From Sedimentisphaerales bacterium (lineage in GTDB: Bacteria > Planctomycetota > Phycisphaerae > Sedimentisphaerales > Anaerobacaceae): DNA of 64,000 nt. This document shows, one piece after another, positions 37,576-46,896 of the stretch (the stretch's first letter is position 1; each line of letters starts with the position of its first letter). A program made the position numbers and the translations under genes. The notes under the pieces were generated by a model. That model made no database searches. It was not told where the DNA came from and was given only the letters and a program-made list of their open reading frames with translations. The stretch is from contig JAXGYC010000008.1 of NCBI GenBank assembly GCA_040772485.1, forward strand, positions 160,001 to 224,000, in the 5' to 3' direction.

Positions 37576-37640
37576 ACTCCAGGGACGTTCCTCGTATGGT
37601 CGCCCTTGTGGCTGCCGGGAAAGGCGAAGGGACATGCCCC

Positions 37641-38990
37641 CTACAGGTCCAGACGGTGTTGCGCGATCTTGTTCCGCAGAGTCTTGCGATCGATTCCGAG
37701 GATCTGGGCCGCTCGCGTCTTGTTGCCGCCGGTGTTGGCCAGGACGTTGCGAATGTGGTCCGCCTCCACTTCCGCCAGGGTCCGGTTCACGCCGGTGGCG
37801 CGCAGCGCGGAGAATCGCGCCGACGATGGCAGGTCCGGGACTTCGATGATCTGGTCGTCGTTCATGACCACAATCCGCTGAATCACGTTCTCCAGCTCCC
37901 TCGCGTTGCCCGGCCAGGCGTAGTTCTGGAGTGCATCTATCGCCTTTTCGGAGAACAACGGGACCGTCTTGCCCAGCTCCGAGGCGAACTTCTCTGCGAA
38001 GTGCCGCACCAGCAGCGGAATGTCACCGGCTCTGGCACGCAAGGGTGGAACCTCGATCGCGACGACATTGATTCGATAGTACAGTTCTTCCCGAAACATC
38101 CGGCCCTGAATGAGGCCCGGCAAATTCTTGTTCGTCGCGGCGACGATCCTGACGTCCACCTTCTTCCCGCGCGAATCGCCCACCATGCGAACCTCCTTGT
38201 CCTGAAGCACGCGCAGGAGTTTCACCTGCATGGCGACGCTCGTCTCGCCGATCTCGTCGAGAAAGATGGTCCCGCCGTCGGCGGTCTGGAAGAACCCGGC
38301 GCGCGACTCATGGGCGCCGGTGAACGCTCCTTTGACGTAGCCGAACAGCTCGCTTTCCAGCAGGCTCTCAGGAATACCGCCGCAGTTGACCGGCACAAAC
38401 GGGGCAGAGGCCCGGGCGCTGCTGTAGTGAATCGCGCGTGCGACCAGCTCCTTGCCGCTGCCGCTTTCGCCGGTGATCAGAACGGTGGCGGAGGTCGACG
38501 ATGCCTTGCGAATCGCGGCAAAAACCTTCTGCATGGGCGGGGATTCGCCGATGAGACCATAGGCGCGCTCCGGCCTCTGCGCCGGCCGGATCGCCGCTGC
38601 ACGCCGCTGCTTGAGCTTCTCCAACACCCGGCGGACCGCGGCCAGAAGCTCGGCATCGGTAAACGGTTTGGATACGTACTCCTCCGCTCCGCTCTTGACC
38701 GCCTCCACCGCGCTCTCTACGGTCGCATACCCGGTGATCATCATCACCGCGATGTTCTTGTAGTTCTCCCGGATGTGCCGGATCAGATCGATGCCGCTGA
38801 GCTTGGGCATCTTCAGGTCGGTGATCACCAGGTCGACGCGTGTCCCCTCCAGAAGGCGGAGGGCATCGACAGCGTTGGGAGCCGCATAGGTCGTGTACCC
38901 TTCAGCCGTGAGATTCCTCTGGAGAACCTCCAGCGTGCTGGGCGTGTCGTCAACGACGAGAATTGTCTCTCTCCTGTCGGGTGAATTCAT
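37641..38990 (-). CDS. sigma54-dependent response regulator (NtrC/AtoC family)
   Basis: Receiver domain (VVDD, TDLKMP), [28 protein letters not shown], Fis-type HTH. Confidence 0.96.
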   Translation of the reverse strand: MNSPDRRETILVVDDTPSTLEVLQRNLTAEGYTTYAAPNAVDALRLLEGTRVDLVITDLKMPKLSGIDLIRHIRENYKNIAVMMITGYATVESAVEAVKSGAEEYVSKPFTDAELLAAVRRVLEKLKQRRAAAIRPAQRPERAYGLIGESPPMQKVFAAIRKASSTSATVLITGESGSGKELVARAIHYSSARASAPFVPVNCGGIPESLLESELFGYVKGAFTGAHESRAGFFQTADGGTIFLDEIGETSVAMQVKLLRVLQDKEVRMVGDSRGKKVDVRIVAATNKNLPGLIQGRMFREELYYRINVVAIEVPPLRARAGDIPLLVRHFAEKFASELGKTVPLFSEKAIDALQNYAWPGNARELENVIQRIVVMNDDQIIEVPDLPSSARFSALRATGVNRTLAEVEADHIRNVLANTGGNKTRAAQILGIDRKTLRNKIAQHRLDL

Positions 38991-40159
38991 GATTGCGGCT
39001 GGTCCTCTCGGTATGGGGCAGAGTCAATGGGCAGTCGAACCGTGAATGTGGTTCCCTTCCCCGGCGCGCTGGCGACCTCAATCGTCCCCCCGTGCGATGT
39101 GACGATCCCGTGGACTACGGGCAGTCCCAGACCGGTCCCCTGGTTCACCTCCTTCGTCGTGAAGAAGGGCACAAACAGGCGGCTCTGGACTTCTTCGCTC
39201 ATTCCCACTCCCGTGTCTTCGACGGTGCAGACGACGTGTCCGTCTTCCAGATGAGTCCGGACGATGAGCCTCCCCCCCTCCGGCATGGCCTGAACGGCGT
39301 TCACCACCAAGTTGACCAGCACCTGCGTCAACTGGCCCGCGTCGGCGGCCAGAACGGGCAACTCGGGCCCGAGCACGCAGGCCAGTTCGATCCCTTCCTT
39401 CTCGAGGTGGTGCTTGAAAAGGTCGATGGCGTCCACGACAACCCGGTTGAGATTCACGGGCCCCTTGAACGTGGGCGTCTGTCGTGCAAACAGCAGGAGC
39501 TTCTTGATGATCTCGCGAGCGTGGAGTGAAGCGGTCACGATCTTCTCGACGTCCTCCTTGCCGTTCTCGGGCAGTGCGGCATCGCGCTTGAGCAATTGCG
39601 CGAAGCCGAGGATGCTGCTGAGCGGCTCATTCAGCTCATGAGCAACGCCAGCCGCCAGTTGTCCGATCGTCGCGAGGCGGTCCGCGTGCATGAGCTGTTT
39701 CTGCAACCGGGCCCTCTCCTCTTCGGCCTGCTGGTGCTCCACAACCACGGCAATCTGCGTGGCGATCGCGTCCAACAGGTTCCGCTCGTCTTCCAGGAAG
39801 GGTTCCTCGTCCAGGAATGGTCTCTCCTCGGTATAGACCACTTCAACCATGCCGCGGCGTTTGCCTCCGACGACCACATCGGACGCCTGCCGCCGGGCAG
39901 CTTCCCTGAAACCGGCCGTCTGGTAGTGCTTTCCATCCAGAGTGATGCGCGCCGATGCGATTTCCGGGTACTGCCATGCCGGTGGTATCAGCTCAACAAT
40001 ACCCTGAAACACCTCGTCGGGTGACCCAATGGACCTCGCAGACACCCGACTGATTCGGTACAGGCAGCTCAGTTCCTTCACGCGTTCACAGAGCGCCCGA
40101 GCCGTCCTGTCACCGGCCGGCGCCGCCACCTGAGCCTTGCGCGCTCTTGGTTTGCCCAT
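38987..40159 (-). CDS. Cytoplasmic sensor histidine kinase
   Basis: GVAHELNEPL H-box, NLVVNA, DTGVG, FFTTK, GTGLGL. N-terminal GAF-like ERVKELSCLY region. No TM segment. Confidence 0.93.
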   Translation of the reverse strand: MGKPRARKAQVAAPAGDRTARALCERVKELSCLYRISRVSARSIGSPDEVFQGIVELIPPAWQYPEIASARITLDGKHYQTAGFREAARRQASDVVVGGKRRGMVEVVYTEERPFLDEEPFLEDERNLLDAIATQIAVVVEHQQAEEERARLQKQLMHADRLATIGQLAAGVAHELNEPLSSILGFAQLLKRDAALPENGKEDVEKIVTASLHAREIIKKLLLFARQTPTFKGPVNLNRVVVDAIDLFKHHLEKEGIELACVLGPELPVLAADAGQLTQVLVNLVVNAVQAMPEGGRLIVRTHLEDGHVVCTVEDTGVGMSEEVQSRLFVPFFTTKEVNQGTGLGLPVVHGIVTSHGGTIEVASAPGKGTTFTVRLPIDSAPYREDQPQS

Positions 40160-40504
40160 CGGAGAACACCCCGTCCACGCAATCCGCGTACGGTATCCCA
40201 GCAATGCGTTTCGTACGATCCTGTCCCTTTTCCGGATACTCCTTCCGGCTATCCGCAATCTTTCCATCGTAGTAGAAATTGTCGGGAGCGGCAAGCCTTA
40301 GCCGGATGTGATTGCCCGCCAGGATACAGGGTTCGCGAGCACTCTCCTCGCACTGGCGCAAGCGAGGCCACCAGGATCGGACCTGTCGGCGACAATCTGG
40401 TCTGCGGAATTCGCCCCGGAATGTAACTCGCCCGGCTGCTTCGCAACAGGAAACTCGGTTGGATCACGTGCCACCCCCCCCCTGCAACACCGCGGACCCA
40501 AATG

Positions 40505-40534
40505 GAAAAGAAGACAGGCGTAAGTGCCTGTCCT
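40505..40534 (-). terminator. Intrinsic terminator downstream of the tRNA fragment
   Basis: Minus strand AGGACAGGC-ACTTAC-GCCTGTCTT followed by CTTTT. Confidence 0.65.
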
Positions 40535-40553
40535 TAAAGGTGTTGCCTCAATA

Positions 40554-40595
40554 GGGGAGGATTCGAACCTCCGGCCTCCGGGTTATGGGCCCGAC
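40554..40595 (-). pseudogene. 3' fragment of initiator tRNA-Met(CAT), probable att scar
   Basis: Minus strand GTCGGG-CCCATAA-CCCGG-AGGCC-GGAGG-TTCGAAT-CCTCC: anticodon arm with three G-C pairs plus T arm. No D arm or 5' acceptor strand. Confidence 0.75.
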
Positions 40596-40621
40596 AGCCC
40601 AGGTTTCTGTAACGTTATTCA

Positions 40622-40634
40622 AATCAACGCTTTA
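40622..40634 (+). promoter_or_regulatory. IHF-consensus site next to the tRNA fragment
   Basis: AATCAACGCTTTA matches WATCAANNNNTTR. Confidence 0.45.
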
Positions 40635-40947
40635 CGCTTCTCTCTGCCGCGCAAGGAGTCAACGAAATCGTCATGTCGACCATGGTGATCATGATGATCA
40701 CCGATTTTGCTACAGTCGGGCACGTATGCAAGCGAAGAACGCTGGCCGCCTCACAAGGCAGGCAGGGAACATGCTCAAGTGGCTGGTTCTACCCGATCCT
40801 TGACATGAGCTAGTTCCGCAAAACAAGGAGGCCAGCAAGGCCCCCCTGCCGCCTGATTTCTGACCCCGAATCAGACGCCATCTCTCTGGAGTGCCTCGCT
40901 TGGGGCCCGGATGATCATTTGCACCGTACGGGATGAGTCTATGTACC

Positions 40948-42681
40948 CTACCACGTCGCTCCCGAGAACACGACAATCAACAAGATCACAATCGCTACGA
41001 ACAGACCCCACCAGAGACACACACTGGTATACCACCGAGCCCCTAGATGTCCGAAGATGTTCAGTCTCTTCCAGTTGATCGTTAATTGATCGGTGACCCG
41101 GTCCGGGTCGGGCACGGGCGTGAACAGGCTGACCCCCACGCAGACGATCACGCAAAACACCCAGTTGATCGCCGCCTGCATCTGGAAAGGCTCCAGCCAT
41201 CGCGGGTGTGATGGGACGAATTGCACATACGCTCTGAGCCCGATACCGAGGAGGAATCCCAGAAGGACGGCCGTCGTGGCTCCCTGCCCGTTGATGCGAC
41301 GCAGCAGGATTCCCAACAGAAACACGGCCGCGAACGGCGGTGCGAAGAACGCATACAAGGATTGGATGTAGAGGAACAGGCTGCCGCCCAGACGGCCGAC
41401 AAAGCCGGCGAGCACGGCCGCGATCACCATCACGATTACGGATGACATTCTGCCCATGCCCACGAGCCGCCTCTCGGACGCACCTTGGTGCAGGACTCTC
41501 TTGTAGATGTCGACGGTGATGATCGTGGATGTCGAGTTCAGAACGGCGCTGACGGTGGACTGGATGGCGCCGAAAAGCGCCGCGAGGAACAGGCCCCGCA
41601 ACCCGACAGGAACGATGCTCCGAAGCATGGAGACATACCCTTTGTCTGCCTCCGGCCGGATCTCGTCCCAGGGCAGTTGCATTACCTCCGGGTACCGGGC
41701 GAAGAGAATCAACCCAGGCAGAACTACGATCGCGGGCAAGATGATCTTCATATAGCCGGCCAATACGATGCCCATGCGCGCATGATACGCGTCCCTGGCG
41801 CCGAGCACCCGCTGGATCATGAACTGATTGATCACGTTGTACCAGATGCTGACGGAGAAGACCATCATGATGAGCCCGGGCCAGGGGGTCAGCTCGTGCG
41901 TCACAGGCTGAATGACCGAGAGGCGGTTGTAGTGCTCCGTGTGTACGATGTGCGGGGCGTTCTTCTGGACGACCTCGGCCCAGAGACCCGAGTCTGCCCG
42001 ATTGCGTTCGATCATGACCCGAAATCCTTCGATCAGCGAGTGCGACTCGCCGGAGAGCATGTACAGCCCGAGCACCGTCACCGTCAGCCCGCCCGCGATC
42101 ATGATGATCACGGTGAAGACATCCATCCAGGCAACGGACCGCAACCCACCGTAGACAGCCCATGCTCCTGACATGACCGCCAGCAGCGTGATCGCCAGCC
42201 ACAGGTCCCAGCCGAACAGTCTCTCCAGAGCCAGCCCGCCGCCATAGAGCACCGCTGCCAAGAACGCGACGACGTTGCTGATCACCGTGACGCAGGCGAA
42301 GAACAGACGGATAGTAGAATTGAATCTCCGTTCCAGGAATTCTGGCGTGCTGAAGACCCTGGCGGCCAGCAGAAATGGAATGAAAAACCAGATCAACAAG
42401 CTGAATGTCGCAACGTTGGCCCACTCGAACATGGCCGGTGCAATCCCATAGATGAACGCCGCCCCGATCATGCCGATGAAGTGCTCGCTGCTGATGTTCG
42501 AAGCAATGAACGAGCTGCCGACCACGTACCAAGGGAGCGTCCTGCCGGCCAGAAAATAGTCTGCCGAGTCCTGCGGCTTTCTCCTGCCGAACCAGTAGCC
42601 GACCAGACACAGCACCAGGAAATACGTGCCGAACGCCAGATAGTCCAACGCGTGAAGCTCGAATGACCCGAAATCTTTCAC
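40948..42681 (-). CDS. Sodium:solute symporter (SSS, sugar/inositol type)
   Basis: YFLAGR.LPW, SNISSEHFIG, YGGLRSVAWMD, NQFMIQRVLGA. GTG start after GGAGG. Confidence 0.94.
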   Translation of the reverse strand: MKDFGSFELHALDYLAFGTYFLVLCLVGYWFGRRKPQDSADYFLAGRTLPWYVVGSSFIASNISSEHFIGMIGAAFIYGIAPAMFEWANVATFSLLIWFFIPFLLAARVFSTPEFLERRFNSTIRLFFACVTVISNVVAFLAAVLYGGGLALERLFGWDLWLAITLLAVMSGAWAVYGGLRSVAWMDVFTVIIMIAGGLTVTVLGLYMLSGESHSLIEGFRVMIERNRADSGLWAEVVQKNAPHIVHTEHYNRLSVIQPVTHELTPWPGLIMMVFSVSIWYNVINQFMIQRVLGARDAYHARMGIVLAGYMKIILPAIVVLPGLILFARYPEVMQLPWDEIRPEADKGYVSMLRSIVPVGLRGLFLAALFGAIQSTVSAVLNSTSTIITVDIYKRVLHQGASERRLVGMGRMSSVIVMVIAAVLAGFVGRLGGSLFLYIQSLYAFFAPPFAAVFLLGILLRRINGQGATTAVLLGFLLGIGLRAYVQFVPSHPRWLEPFQMQAAINWVFCVIVCVGVSLFTPVPDPDRVTDQLTINWKRLNIFGHLGARWYTSVCLWWGLFVAIVILLIVVFSGATW

Positions 42682-42703
42682 ATGACCTCCGGAGTTTCCC
42701 CGG

Positions 42704-43753
42704 CTATTGCCCACCGGCCCCCTTGACGATGCGGGTGGCGTTGTCGTGGAATACGTCCTTGACGTCCCGCGCTGTCAGTCCCGCCGCTCGCGCGGCACGC
42801 CGGAAGGCGTCGATCTCCTCATATAAGAAGAACGACAACGCCTCCGCCTGTTCACCATCAACCTCGCGCATGTGCCGGTCGTCGGAGACATCGCCATAGA
42901 GACCCCTGGGCACGAGATTGACGTACGCCCCGTTCTCGCAGATCCTGCGCATCCGCATCCTGGTGATCGGCAGGTCGCTGCCAAAAAGAATGCGTTGTGG
43001 CCCTACCGCACGGATGAGCTGTTCGAACACGGCCGCGTTCGTATTGGCCGAGATGTCAAACAGCAGCCGCTCCGTCTGGGCCAACACAGCAAAGGCATCG
43101 CCAACATCCTCCGGGCAGTAAGCCCGCCCAACGTGCGCAATGATGACCTGGGCGTTCGGATAGCGACGCTCGACCTCAAGCATATCGGTCAGATTCGCCG
43201 GATCACGAAGTCGGCCGGCACGAGGAATGTGGAGCATGACGATCCAGTGGTGCTGATCCAGAACCTCCAATTGATGATGTGGCAGAAAGTCGAAGATGCG
43301 GATCTGGTCCGCTGCTATGTGGCTCGCCGCCAAGGTCAGATACACCTTGACTCCGACGAAGCCACCTTCACGGATTTCCCGTTCCAGCCTCGCGGCCGAC
43401 CATCGCGGTGAGGCGAAGACAAGGGCCGGGAAGCGACGCTCTCTTGCCGCCCGACTGACGTAAGCGTTGGCCGAGTCGAAATCGTCGTCGCAGGATTCGA
43501 CGAAGGAAAACGCCACCGGCATGACCGACTTGCCAGGAAACAGCAGCCGATAGGTCTCGACAAGCTCATCGACCGGGCCCTCTTCCGCGACGCGTAGCGG
43601 CCAGGTTGCCGCCCGCCCCGTCGGTGGAATCCTGCGAAAGCCCTTGAGCCAGACGTGCGTGTGAACGTCGATGATCTGGTCAGGCAGGAAGTCCTCGAGC
43701 TTGTCCTGATAAAACCTCCGATCCACGTCTCTGATTTCCAGCAGCGGTGCCAT
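42704..43753 (-). CDS. Amidohydrolase_2 family metallo-hydrolase
   Basis: IIDVHTH, MLH, IIAHVG, ILFGSDLP, DNA.RI. Confidence 0.9.
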   Translation of the reverse strand: MAPLLEIRDVDRRFYQDKLEDFLPDQIIDVHTHVWLKGFRRIPPTGRAATWPLRVAEEGPVDELVETYRLLFPGKSVMPVAFSFVESCDDDFDSANAYVSRAARERRFPALVFASPRWSAARLEREIREGGFVGVKVYLTLAASHIAADQIRIFDFLPHHQLEVLDQHHWIVMLHIPRAGRLRDPANLTDMLEVERRYPNAQVIIAHVGRAYCPEDVGDAFAVLAQTERLLFDISANTNAAVFEQLIRAVGPQRILFGSDLPITRMRMRRICENGAYVNLVPRGLYGDVSDDRHMREVDGEQAEALSFFLYEEIDAFRRAARAAGLTARDVKDVFHDNATRIVKGAGGQ

Positions 43754-43759
43754 ATCGTC

Positions 43760-45196
43760 CTACTCACCAGCTTCCAGGAAGATCCGCAAACGACGAATGA
43801 ACTCATCGACTACGGCCCGTTCCAGACACAGGGCGAACTTGCACAGGATCGTACTGTGCCCTGCGTGGTAGGCGTGCACCCGCAGCCATAGGCCACCGGC
43901 AACGCATCGCTTGTGGAAGTTTAGAGCGTCTTCAACCTTGTGGAACTTCAGTCCCGTCATGGAGCGGTTGCCATGCACAGCAGCGATGCGACCGGAGAAC
44001 TCGGCCGCAAGCCCGCAAAGCCTGTGATAATAGTACTCCTGAGCCTCTACGACTTGGGCAGCGTTTCGCTGCAGCAACTCAATGTTGGCCAGTGCCACGA
44101 GCGCCGCCAAAGCAGCGTTGCCGTTGGTGCTGATGGCGTCGTACTGAGCCATCACGTCGAGTTCTCGGCGATAGATAATGCCCGAGAGAGGATGTAGCCC
44201 GGCGCTCATCCCTTTGCCCACAATGACGATATCCGGCGTGATTCCATACTGCCTGTACATGAACACCTCCGGTGTCCAAAACCCCGTCTGGATCTCATCG
44301 ACCGTCATCAGCGCCCCAACCCGCCGGGTCAGCTTCCGCGCAAGCTGAAGGTACTCGGTCTCCACCAGGATGGCCTCCCGGTTCATCATGATTGGCTCGG
44401 CCCAGAAACCCGTGATCTGCTCGCCGTAGCGGGCGAAGACTTGCTCCAACTGGCGGCCATCGTTCGGCTGCACGGCCACGACCTTCATATTGCGGATAAA
44501 CGGCTTCCACATCCCGCGGAGGTTCTGCGAGAAGAAACCGGTGCCATGATAGTTGCCATCCAGTACGATGAAGATGGCTGGCCCGGATTTCTTCGTCCGC
44601 TCATGGTGCATCATCATGATCTTGAGCGCCGCCTCGCAAGCCACCGAGCCGGTCGCGATCCCAAGCAACGCCGTGTTCAACCGCGTCCTGGATTTCATGA
44701 CCTTGGAGAAATCCCCTCGCCCAAGCTCCGGGCAGTCGGGGTTCGCCGCCTCGATGAGCCTCTGAGCCAGCCGCTTGACAGGCCACTGGGGGATGTTCGA
44801 GTGATTGTCCGGCACGATGCCTGCCGCCAGACCGTCGTGGACTATCCGCGTCAGGACCGGATGGTCGTATCCCCAGCTCATCTGGTAATGCCCGGCCGTG
44901 CAGTCAAGGAACAGCTTGCCCTGCTCGGTGATGTAGAACACCCCCCGGCCGGCCAGGAGATCGTCCGTCTGGGCGACCCTGCCGCCGCCGAAAGACTTCT
45001 GCATGACGGCCTTATCGACCGGCTTGCCAACCGCCAGATCCTCGATCGTCTCGCCAATCAGGCCGAACAACTGGCTTGTGTCGCGGTTGTCAAGAAACCG
45101 CTTCGCCTCGGACATGGCCCTGCACACATCGGCTCCCAGCGGGCCGGCCAGGTCGGTAAGTGGTATACCTGTGAACGTCTTGTCCGTCATCACCAT
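43760..45196 (-). CDS. Class III PLP-dependent aminotransferase (divergent)
   Basis: GKLFLDCTAG, TGSVACEAALK, NYHG, AEPI, DEIQTGF, PDIVIVGK (PLP lysine). Confidence 0.9.
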   Translation of the reverse strand: MVMTDKTFTGIPLTDLAGPLGADVCRAMSEAKRFLDNRDTSQLFGLIGETIEDLAVGKPVDKAVMQKSFGGGRVAQTDDLLAGRGVFYITEQGKLFLDCTAGHYQMSWGYDHPVLTRIVHDGLAAGIVPDNHSNIPQWPVKRLAQRLIEAANPDCPELGRGDFSKVMKSRTRLNTALLGIATGSVACEAALKIMMMHHERTKKSGPAIFIVLDGNYHGTGFFSQNLRGMWKPFIRNMKVVAVQPNDGRQLEQVFARYGEQITGFWAEPIMMNREAILVETEYLQLARKLTRRVGALMTVDEIQTGFWTPEVFMYRQYGITPDIVIVGKGMSAGLHPLSGIIYRRELDVMAQYDAISTNGNAALAALVALANIELLQRNAAQVVEAQEYYYHRLCGLAAEFSGRIAAVHGNRSMTGLKFHKVEDALNFHKRCVAGGLWLRVHAYHAGHSTILCKFALCLERAVVDEFIRRLRIFLEAGE

Positions 45197-45459
45197 TGAG
45201 TCACTCCTACGACAACCTCAGTCTGAATTCGCTTTCTCTCGAACTGCGTAACCATGTCCTTGACAATCCCTGAAGCACGGATGAGCGTATCGCCGTAGTC
45301 CGCAGGCTCAAAGACCCTGCAGACCCCATTGGCAACCAGCATGCGGCTGTCGGCGACGATGGCCACATCGGCCGCATGGGCTGACGTCTTCCCATCGAGG
45401 CTGACCCGTTGCGGGTCCTCCGCGTACGTGTCTGCGTCCATGTCGATGGCGTCAGTCAT
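45190..45459 (-). CDS. Small hypothetical protein within the operon
   Basis: Fills the gap between the isomerase and aminotransferase genes, has an AGGAG RBS, and overlaps the next start. Confidence 0.6.
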   Translation of the reverse strand: MTDAIDMDADTYAEDPQRVSLDGKTSAHAADVAIVADSRMLVANGVCRVFEPADYGDTLIRASGIVKDMVTQFERKRIQTEVVVGVTQW

Positions 45460-45471
45460 TGATGCAAGCTC

Positions 45472-46881
45472 CTACAGCCGGTGGTATGACCATCCAGCCA
45501 ATCTGCACACTTTCTCAAGTACATCTGTCGGCATTCCTCGAATCAGGGCCAAGTGATGGCTACCGCCCACGTACGCGTATTCGGTCAGCAGACGGGCTAC
45601 ATCGCCGGCGTCCGGCTTGAACACACAACGCGGGCCGTCAACGTTCGGGAGATGGTCCTCGGTGATCTCGCCCTGAATGCATACGAGTTGCCCCGTTCCG
45701 TTGCCCGTGGCGTTCAGGTTAACGAGGGTGACCGGGCCCGGCTCGAACTCGAAATCGACAATCGCAAACTCGGCGGTGCACCGGTCTGTGAACCGACTGG
45801 CAAGAAGCCGCGGCCTTTCTCTGGCCATCGCAAGATTGCCTTCGCCCCAATGCTTCAGCAGCAGGCGGTCGTCGGCGTAGCCAACCGAGAAGACCTCGCT
45901 GAAGCTCGCCACGGTGAAACCTTGTTGCATCCCCCGCACGAGCACGGCCGTCACCCAGTCTCCCTCGCCTGCGTATCCGAGTCCCTCCTGCATGAGCATC
46001 GACGCCGCAACGTGCAGACCGTCGGCCACCCGCTCGTCGTTGCACAGTTGAAGGAAGTTCAGGCCGCATGCATGACTGCCCATGCGGGACAGGATAGCTC
46101 GCAGAGCTGCCTCTCCTCTGGCGGTTTTCTCCAGCAGGCAATCATCCACGCTCGACCCTATCTCGAATGTGCGTCGATACCGCTCCACATACTCCGCGGC
46201 GTCGGAAGGCGTCGTCTTCGCCAGCTGCCCTGCGAAGTCGGAGACCGAAACCCCCGTCGGGGCAATTCCCATCCGTCGGAGGAATTCATCTTCGCCCACC
46301 TGTAGATCGAGCATGTGCTCGAAATGACCACCCACCTGTACAGGTTTGGCATCCTGCATGGATCGGATGATCCGTCCGGCCCGGGCCCAGAGCTGCAACT
46401 GACGGATGAATTGTGCCTGCTCGTGATGGCCGTGAATCACGCCGAAGTCCTTGGTCGTCTTCCCGAGTACGTTGGCCAGATCCTGGACACCGTGAACCCC
46501 GTGGTTGAGTTTGATCGCCTCGGCATCGTATCTCTGCGGGTCAAGTCGCAGCATGCTCTGCATGGGCCACAAGAGTACGGGCAGGCGCGACGCCGCCAGA
46601 GCCGGCGAAAGCACGCCGCTGGGACAATACGGCGCCAGAGCCACCACAAGCAGATCGACTCCTTTGACTGCGAAGTCATCACAGGCCGCCGCCACCTGTT
46701 CCGGCAGGCTGACAGGCACACTGCACCGGACATTCAGTCCCACCTGCCTGAGTCTCCCGGCCACCTGTTCGCCCAGACTCTCCAGGGCCGCGTCAATGTC
46801 GGGCCAGAGCCGATGGTACAAGTCGGCTACAGGCAGCAGAAGACCGATCTGCAGATGGTCTGTCTGACATATCGTATCCAT
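45472..46881 (-). CDS. L-arabinose/L-fucose isomerase-like protein
   Basis: LNHGVHG, GYAGEGDW, SFSE, HWGE.N, GGSHH resemble AraA metal-site motifs. Confidence 0.85.
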   Translation of the reverse strand: MDTICQTDHLQIGLLLPVADLYHRLWPDIDAALESLGEQVAGRLRQVGLNVRCSVPVSLPEQVAAACDDFAVKGVDLLVVALAPYCPSGVLSPALAASRLPVLLWPMQSMLRLDPQRYDAEAIKLNHGVHGVQDLANVLGKTTKDFGVIHGHHEQAQFIRQLQLWARAGRIIRSMQDAKPVQVGGHFEHMLDLQVGEDEFLRRMGIAPTGVSVSDFAGQLAKTTPSDAAEYVERYRRTFEIGSSVDDCLLEKTARGEAALRAILSRMGSHACGLNFLQLCNDERVADGLHVAASMLMQEGLGYAGEGDWVTAVLVRGMQQGFTVASFSEVFSVGYADDRLLLKHWGEGNLAMARERPRLLASRFTDRCTAEFAIVDFEFEPGPVTLVNLNATGNGTGQLVCIQGEITEDHLPNVDGPRCVFKPDAGDVARLLTEYAYVGGSHHLALIRGMPTDVLEKVCRLAGWSYHRL

Positions 46882-46896
46882 ATCACCTTCCCGATC

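Noticed and set aside
40474..40482. C9 homopolymer upstream of the histidine kinase as a phase-variation tract
   Set aside because: Short, in GC-rich DNA, and not clearly within a promoter spacer. Read-level length variation would be needed.
40540..40630. Intact tRNA-Met gene
   Set aside because: D arm and 5' acceptor strand are absent and the 3' acceptor end is degenerate. Reported as a fragment only.
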